Shown here piece after piece: positions 56,437 to 64,000 of a stretch of DNA of 64,000 nucleotides. How positions within the stretch are numbered: position 1 is the first letter of the stretch; every line of letters begins with the position of its first letter. The notes beneath the pieces are model-generated. The model did not search any database, was not told the DNA's origin, and saw only the letters and a list, made by a program, of their open reading frames with translations. This stretch comes from Macrostomum hystrix (Eukaryota; Animalia; Platyhelminthes): positions 8,184,001 through 8,248,000 of the forward strand of contig CATNEN010000003.1 of NCBI GenBank assembly GCA_950097015.1. Reading direction: 5' to 3'. The translations under genes and the position numbers were made by a program.

Positions 56437-58082
56437 CAGTACATCCTCCTTTAGTTTTTATAATAGAATTAGGAAAAACAAAAAATCTGACCATGATTTC
56501 TTTACGATCTAGCTGTATTCCTTGTTAGAAACAGTTTCGGCTTTAAAAAAAACAAAGAAAAATTCTGAGAGGCGCATATTGCTACTACCAGTAGCATATA
56601 TGCCTGATGCCATATTGTATTTGCTAAATATATTGTGTGCAAAAATATTAGCTTGGAATTTTTGTTGATATTCAGCTTCGGACAAGTTTTAGGGTGAGAA
56701 AATATTGATACAAGCTAAAAATAGTATAAATTAATATAAATTGAAAGTTTTGTTCAAACTTTAAAGGGAGTTGATTTGGTAAACGAATTATGTTACACAA
56801 AATACTAACTTTCCAAAGACCTCACATGAACGCTAAATGTTTAATAGAGTAACTGGTTTCTGTTTTACTTTCAGAATAAATGCAAAGTATGTGATTTACC
56901 ATATGGTAAATATTGATCAGTATTGATCAATATTGATCAGTCACACAAGAAGACTATATAACAGTGAAAAAAAAATATTTAATGTCAAAATATTTGCTAT
57001 GAAATAAGTATGCATTACTGTTAATATGACAAAAACTTTGTGGGATCGAGTTAAGATGTAGAAATACTTTATCATGGATTGGGCTAATGGAAATCTCAAT
57101 TGACTAATTTCCAATTTCATGTATTTATCATTTTCAAAAGAAACGTGATATTTAGCAATGAAGATAAAATAAAAACATAATTAAATTTAAACAAAATATT
57201 CTTCTTTTTCTCGTTTAATGAGCACATTTATAGCATAATTAAAATCTAGCTTGTTAAACGGTTTGACTAATCAATACAATAAAAACAAAAAAACCGAAAA
57301 CAAACGTATCTTACAAGAAAATATTTTAGGCATTACATTCACAGATATATTTAATAATTATACGTTAATATATTATAATGAACAGGTGCAGCAATCACAG
57401 AGCTTCATACCAGCAAAGACAGATTAATTTTCTCTTCCATCCAGTTATTTTTAATTTGCCGTAAGCCTTTAAAAGGCCTAGCAAATGCTGCTGTCAGTCA
57501 GCAGTCTGTCCTCTTTGTGTCGCTGCTGCTGCTGCTGCTGCTGCTTCGATTGTCTCCTCGCCAAAATGGGGAAGTGGGAAAATTTCTGACAGCCAGTTTG
57601 TCAATCGAAGAGACGACTTTAAAGGGCGGCAATTTGCTGCAACAAAAGGAGAAGAATAAGGAGGACCAAAATTGAAGAAAAAATCACAGATGAAGTAAGC
57701 CGCGATCACAAGGCTAGTACGAGCTATACCCATTGAAGAACACGCCTAGCTTTCACACGGCTTAGAACTGAATTGAATCAGGTTCAGAAGCTTTTTTACT
57801 GGAAGCAGAAAAAAGCACGGCATCAAGGCGAAGAGTATTCAGTAAGTGCCAAAACTGGTTCCTAAATTCAGAAGTAATAGAAGAAAAGTAAGGGCTAGGA
57901 ACAAAGTGACTGTCAGCATTTTCTGGGTGGGGGTTGTCACACACCTTGTTTATGTACATTCGTGCTAGACCCTTTGAAAAAATCTTAATTTAAGTTTTAA
58001 CTGCTAATTGACCCCAGCCCTGGCTAGGGTTCACAAGACAGAAGGTACATTTAACAGAACAGAGATTTTTTTACAGTGCTAT

Positions 58083-58297
58083 CAATTGGGCCATATGTGC
58101 AGCCAACAGCACAGTCGTAGGTAACGCGCGGTGCTTCTGAAGGCTGTTCAGTCCATGGACTGGGGAGACGCCACATACACACTCAATCACCCCGGCTAAT
58201 GCTGGTACTCATTTAACAGCTGGATAAATTAAAGCAATGCAGAGTTTAGTGTCTGGTTAAAGGACACAAATTGTTCGGGAATCGAACCCCCGACCTT
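58083..58297 (-). mobile_element. SINE family A, partial copy
   Basis: Reverse match with internal deletions. Confidence 0.75.
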
Positions 58298-59189
58298 TAG
58301 TGTTTAATGTTGAATGTTGAATGGCTTAAATAGCAATTTACGACCTCATGAAGGCAAATACCAAAGGTACAGTGAGAGAGAGAGTTTATACACTGCCTGA
58401 CAATGAGAAGGTCGAGGCCGAGGTACGCACCTTTGTTGAGAGTTTAATTAGCTAAATTTCTAAAAAAGGTGTCTGCCCACAGGCCTACGTAAATTATTAC
58501 TATTATTATTGTATTACGTGGTCTTTATGTTGGTTTTATGTTGATAATGAAGGCATAAAAGACCAAACTATCAATTGAACTAAATTTCTATAACCCCTGC
58601 ACAGGTTTGTGAGCCGGCTAGTTAAACATTTTCGTCAGATGTTTGCCGATCTGAGCACCGGGGGTCCAAAGTGTAGTCACAGTAAAGCGCTGGATTAACG
58701 ACTAGTTCATCATTTTCCGGGATCAGAGGATGGCTTGACCATCCATGCTCAGCTGCGTGCTCATGCTAGTCCAACTGCAGGCCAATAATTCTTAATTCTA
58801 ATCTATAATCTGCCGAAATGGCGCCTCGTAAGTTTTGAGCACAGTCCAATATTTTATCAGCTGAGCACAGTCTCTAACCCTGCCACGATGCGGTGTAAGC
58901 TACTTCCTGCTAGATATAAAAACTCCGTTTATCACACGGGATTTGTTAATGGTGAGGCCAAGGACTGTAGTTTGTCATCCGTCATGAGAGTTTGTTTCGA
59001 CTGAGCACCACAAGAAGAAGAATAAGAAGGACGTTGAAGCTGGCATCCAGAGTGGGAACTTTTTAGGAAAATTAACTTTTTGCAGATTTAAACGATTAAA
59101 TAGTTCATTAAAAAAGTTTTTCTTCTGTAATGTTATTTTATGATAAAACATATATTATTATATTTATAATACTTCTAAGCTAAGTGGGT

Positions 59190-62100
59190 AGAGTGTGATG
59201 AGATGAGACAATAGAGAGATGAGACAGTGGAGAGATGAGACAAGGGAGATATGAGACAGTAGAGAGTTGAGGAAGTAGAGAGATGAGATGAGAAAGTGGT
59301 GAGATGAGACAGTGGAGAGATGAGACAGTAGAGAGATGAGACAATAGAGAGATGAGACAGTAGAGAGATGAGATGAGAAAGTGGTGAGATGAGACAGTGG
59401 AGAGATGAGACAGTAGAGAGATGAGACAATAGAGAGATGAGACAGTAGAGAGTTGAGACAGTAGATGGTTGAGACAGTAGAGAGATGAGACAGTGGAGAG
59501 ATGAGACAGTAGAGAGTTGAGACAGTAGATAGATGAGACAGTAGATAGATGAGACAGTAGAGAGTTGAGACAGTAGATAGATGAGACAGTAGAGAGATGA
59601 GACAGTAGAGAGATGAGATGAGAAAGTGGTGAGATGAGACAGTGGAGAGATGAGACAGTAGAGAGATGAGACAATAGAGAGATGAGACAGTAGAGAGATG
59701 AGACAGTAGAGAGATGAGACAGTGGAGAGATGAGACAGTGGAGAGATGAGACAGTGGAGAGATGAGACAGTAGAGAGATGAGACAGTGAAGAGATGAGAC
59801 AGTAGAGAGATGAGACAATAGAGAGATGAGACAGTGAAGAGATGAGACAGTAGAGAGATGAGACAGTGGAGAGATGAGACAATAGAGAGATGAGACAGTA
59901 GAGAGTTGAGACAGTAGATAGTTGAGACAGTAGAGAGATGAGACAGTGGAGAGATGAGACAGTAGAGAGTTGAGACAGTAGATAGATGAGACAGTAGATA
60001 GATGAGACAGTAGATAGATGAGACAGTAGAGAGTTGAGACAGTAGATAGATGAGACAGTAGAGAGATGAGACAGTAGAGAGATGAGATGAGAAAGTGGTG
60101 AGATGAGACAGTAGAGAGATGAGACAGTAGATAGATGAGACAGTAGAGAGTTGAGACAGTAGAGAGATGAGACAGTAGAGAGTTGAGACAGTAGAGAGAT
60201 AAGACAGTAGAGAGTTGAGACAGTAGAGAGATGAGACAGTAGAGAGTTGAGACAGTAGAGAGATAAGACAGTAGAGAGATAAGACAGTAGAGAGATGAGA
60301 CAGTAGAGAGATGAGACAGTGAAGAGATGAGACAGTGAAGAGATGAGACAGTAGAGAGTTGAGACAGTAGAGAGATGAGACAGTAGAGAGATAAGACAGT
60401 AGAGAGATGAGACATTAGAGAGATGAGACAGTAGAGAGATGAGACAGTAGAGAGATGAGACAGTGGAGAGATGAGACATTAGAGAGATGAGACAGTAGAG
60501 AGATGAGACAGTGGAGAGATGAGACAGTAGAGAGATGAGACAGTAGAGAGATGAGACAGTAGAGAGATGAGACAGTAGAGAGATGAGACAGTAGAGAGAT
60601 GAGACAGTAGAGAGATGAGACAGTAGAGAGATGAGACAGTAGAGAGATGAGACAGTAGAGAGATGAGACAGTAGAGAGATGAGACAGTAGAGAGATGAGA
60701 CAGTAGAGAGATGAGACAGTAGAGAGATGAGACAGTAGAGAGATGAGACAGTGGAGAGATGAGACAGTGGAGAGATGAGACAGTGGAGAGATGAGACAGT
60801 AGAGAGATGAGACAGTGAAGAGATGAGACAGTAGAGAGATGAGACAATAGAGAGATGAGACAGTGAAGAGATGAGACAGTAGAGAGATGAGACAGTGGAG
60901 AGATGAGACAATAGAGAGATGAGACAGTAGAGAGATGAGACAATAGAGAGATGAGACAGTAGAGAGATGAGATGAGAAAGTGGTGAGATGAGACAGTGGA
61001 GAGATGAGACAGTAGAGAGATGAGACAGTAGAGAGATGAGACAGTAGAGAGTTGAGACAGTAGATGGTTGAGACAGTAGAGAGATGAGACAGTGGAGAGA
61101 TGAGACAGTAGAGAGTTGAGACAGTAGATAGATGAGACAGTAGATAGATGAGACAGTAGAGAGTTGAGACAGTAGATAGATGAGACAGTAGAGAGATGAG
61201 ACAGTAGAGAGATGAGATGAGAAAGTGGTGAGATGAGACAGTGGAGAGATGAGACAGTAGAGAGATGAGACAATAGAGAGATGAGACAGTAGAGAGATGA
61301 GACAGTAGAGAGATGAGACAGTGGAGAGATGAGACAGTGGAGAGATGAGACAGTGGAGAGATGAGACAGTAGAGAGATGAGACAGTGAAGAGATGAGACA
61401 GTAGAGAGATGAGACAATAGAGAGATGAGACAGTGAAGAGATGAGACAGTAGAGAGATGAGACAGTGGAGAGATGAGACAATAGAGAGATGAGACAGTAG
61501 AGAGTTGAGACAGTAGATAGTTGAGACAGTAGAGAGATGAGACAGTGGAGAGATGAGACAGTAGAGAGTTGAGACAGTAGATAGATGAGACAGTAGATAG
61601 ATGAGACAGTAGATAGATGAGACAGTAGAGAGTTGAGACAGTAGATAGATGAGACAGTAGAGAGATGAGACAGTAGAGAGATGAGATGAGAAAGTGGTGA
61701 GATGAGACAGTAGAGAGATGAGACAGTAGATAGATGAGACAGTAGAGAGTTGAGACAGTAGAGAGATGAGACAGTAGAGAGTTGAGACAGTAGAGAGATA
61801 AGACAGTAGAGAGATAAGACAGTAGAGAGATGAGACAGTAGAGAGATGAGACAGTGAAGAGATGAGACAGTGAAGAGATGAGACAGTAGAGAGTTGAGAC
61901 AGTAGAGAGATGAGACAGTAGAGAGATAAGACAGTAGAGAGATGAGACATTAGAGAGATGAGACAGTAGAGAGATGAGACAGTAGAGAGATGAGACAGTG
62001 GAGAGATGAGACATTAGAGAGATGAGACAGTAGAGAGATGAGACAGTGGAGAGATGAGACAGTAGAGAGATGAGACAGTAGAGAGATGAGACAGTGGAGA

Positions 62101-62350
62101 GATGAGACATTAGAGAGATGAGACAGTAGAGAGATGAGACAGTAGAGAGATGAGACAGTAGAGAGATGAGACAGTAGAGAGATGAGACAGTAGAGAGATG
62201 AGACAGTAGAGAGATGAGACAGTAGAGAGATGAGACAGTAGAGAGATGAGACAGTAGAGAGATGAGACAGTAGAGAGATGAGACAGTAGAGAGATGAGAC
62301 AGTAGAGAGATGAGACAGTAGAGAGATGAGATAGTAGAGAAATAAGAAAG
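59190..62350. repeat. 16-bp satellite (gagatgagacagtaga)n, ~3.1 kb, with higher-order duplication
   Basis: Directly visible; the long minus-strand ORFs are artefacts of the repeat. Confidence 0.95.
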
Positions 62351-63412
62351 TGGAGAGATTATGCTATATATATACTCGTAAAAGTTTTCAATAAACCGAA
62401 TGAATGAACTTCTCAAGCAAAATCTAAAAAAGAGATTTGATGATGAGGGTGAGAACATTTTCGAATCGAACTCAGACCCTCTTCTATCCCCCAATAATCC
62501 GACGACTAAGCTCCCATATTTCTAATCCTAGGCTTGCAATAACGCGCCGCAATGGTCGAGAATAGTATGAGCGGCGACTGGGGGGCAAGCAGAAGATTTA
62601 GCTTCATCCATCAAAGCTCCGCTCATGGCTTTATTTCCAAAAACGCGCGCGAGAATACCAAGTCGCGGAGGTGGCAGATGAGGCTGAAGGGGGGGCGGTA
62701 CGCGGCCCAAATGGCTTTCGAACGATACCTAGGAGTAAAAATTCGTCACTAGTGCAGGATACGAGGGATTCGGATTCGGTGCGAGAGCGAGAGAGAGAGA
62801 GAGAGTGTGGAAAAAAGTCTAGGCGCGAAAAATAATCATAAATCCCTAGCATCCGATGCTGGACTCACAAGCTGACCATTGTATATTTGCTACATTGAGA
62901 CGATTTTGAAATCCGATTCCTCCAAGGTCGCCAGTTCCGTCCGAGCTTTTTGCTTGCAATCTGCCTTTTCATCTACATATCTGTGGCATATTTGTAGCAT
63001 GCTAACTCTTTGCGTCTTGATTTCTATACCCGATTAGCCAATTTTCTCTAGATTATAGCAATATTCCTAGGGCCCATCAACTGACCAGATCGACCATATC
63101 GAGTCGATTGTTTCGCTACTTTTGTTCCTTCGATTCTATCGAATTTCATTTATAGTTTTAACTTAAGATCATTGGCCGATGTATTTTCTTTGCTGAATTT
63201 GAAATATAATTCTGGATTATTTTTAAATGACCACGCCCTTGGATACGTAGTGATTTAAAATCATTTTTCACTTTTGTACTGGCATCCACTTCGAAACCTG
63301 ATAATTCAAGCATTAGCTCTGATTGCATTAGGAAATATAACGAAATCTAGACATTCTAGACAAAACTAGACAGAAATCAAGGATGTCTTTGTTCTTAAAG
63401 ACTGTGCACTCG

Positions 63413-64000
63413 TAGCTCTGATGCAATGGTTGTCACATCCTCACAACAGCAGCTCTGATGCAATGGTTGTCACATCAACACAACAGCAGCTCTGATGCAA
63501 TGGTTGTCACATCCTCACAACAGCAGCTCTGATGCAATGGTTGTCACATCCTCACAACAGCAGCTCTGATGCAATGGTTGTCACATCCTCACAACAGCAG
63601 CTCTGATGCAATGGTTTTCACATCCTCACAACAGCAGCTCTGATGCAATGGTTGTCACATCCTCACAACAGCAGCTCTGATGCAATGGTTGTCACATCCT
63701 CACAACAGCAGCTCTGATGCAATGGTTGTCACATCCTCACAACAGCAGCTCTGATGCAATGGTTGTCACATCCTCACAACAGCAGCTCTGATGCAATTGT
63801 TGTCACATCCTCACAACAGCAGCTCTGATGCAATGGTTTTCACATCCTCACAACAGCAGCTCTGATGCAATGGTTGTCACATCCTCACAACAGCAGCTCT
63901 GATGCAATTGTTGTCACATCCTCACAACAGCAGCTCTGATGCAATGGTTTTCACATCCTCACAACAGCAGCTCTGATGCAATGGTTGTCACATCCTCACA
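63413..64000. repeat. 37-bp minisatellite (gctctgatgcaatggttgtcacatcctcacaacagca)n, runs off the window
   Basis: Directly visible. Confidence 0.95.

Noticed and set aside
57480-59050. Possible exons of another minus-strand gene (CAG repeat, short ORFs)
   Set aside because: No recognisable domain and no phase-consistent splice model.
59175-62494. Long ORFs of 400-770 aa (also those at 17998-18730, 28280-29694, 36190-36922 and 51349-51965)
   Set aside because: They are translations of tandem repeats that lack stops in several frames and have no domain content; several lie inside introns.
62370-62990. Possible TRP-channel-like exon remnant on the minus strand (RSKAIWAAYRPPFSLICHL)
   Set aside because: The resemblance is short, the frame has stops and no consistent exon chain could be assembled.

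Overview
Repeat-rich metazoan genomic DNA. The spliceosomal GT-AG introns, polyQ tracts, tRNA-derived SINEs and many minisatellites resemble a free-living flatworm such as Macrostomum, but that is inference only. Three intact, co-oriented minus-strand multi-exon genes were reconstructed by hand with consistent splice phases: a USP15/USP4-type deubiquitinase (7 exons, 41757-33829), PGAM5 (3 exons, 30977-27387) and a Src42A/FRK-like tyrosine kinase (4 exons, 21964-6050). The left end carries a decayed intronless ankyrin-repeat gene. The right part carries a family of intronless secreted PAN/apple + C-type lectin genes: two intact copies in head-to-head inverted orientation, one LINE-disrupted pseudogene and two orphan fragments. 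There are also two SINE families (one CORE-like), two R1/LOA-like LINE fragments, a probable solo LTR, several MITE-like elements and about 17 tandem arrays. The most notable observations are: (i) the lectin pair has a ~98% identical 404-bp core but strongly diverged ends, including the sugar-binding loop (EPN/DPN/EPD), which suggests gene-conversion-driven diversification; (ii) intronic minisatellites whose units carry splice signals, one of them forming a tandem array of acceptor/9-10-nt/donor cassettes; (iii) fold-back 5' junctions at young SINE insertions.
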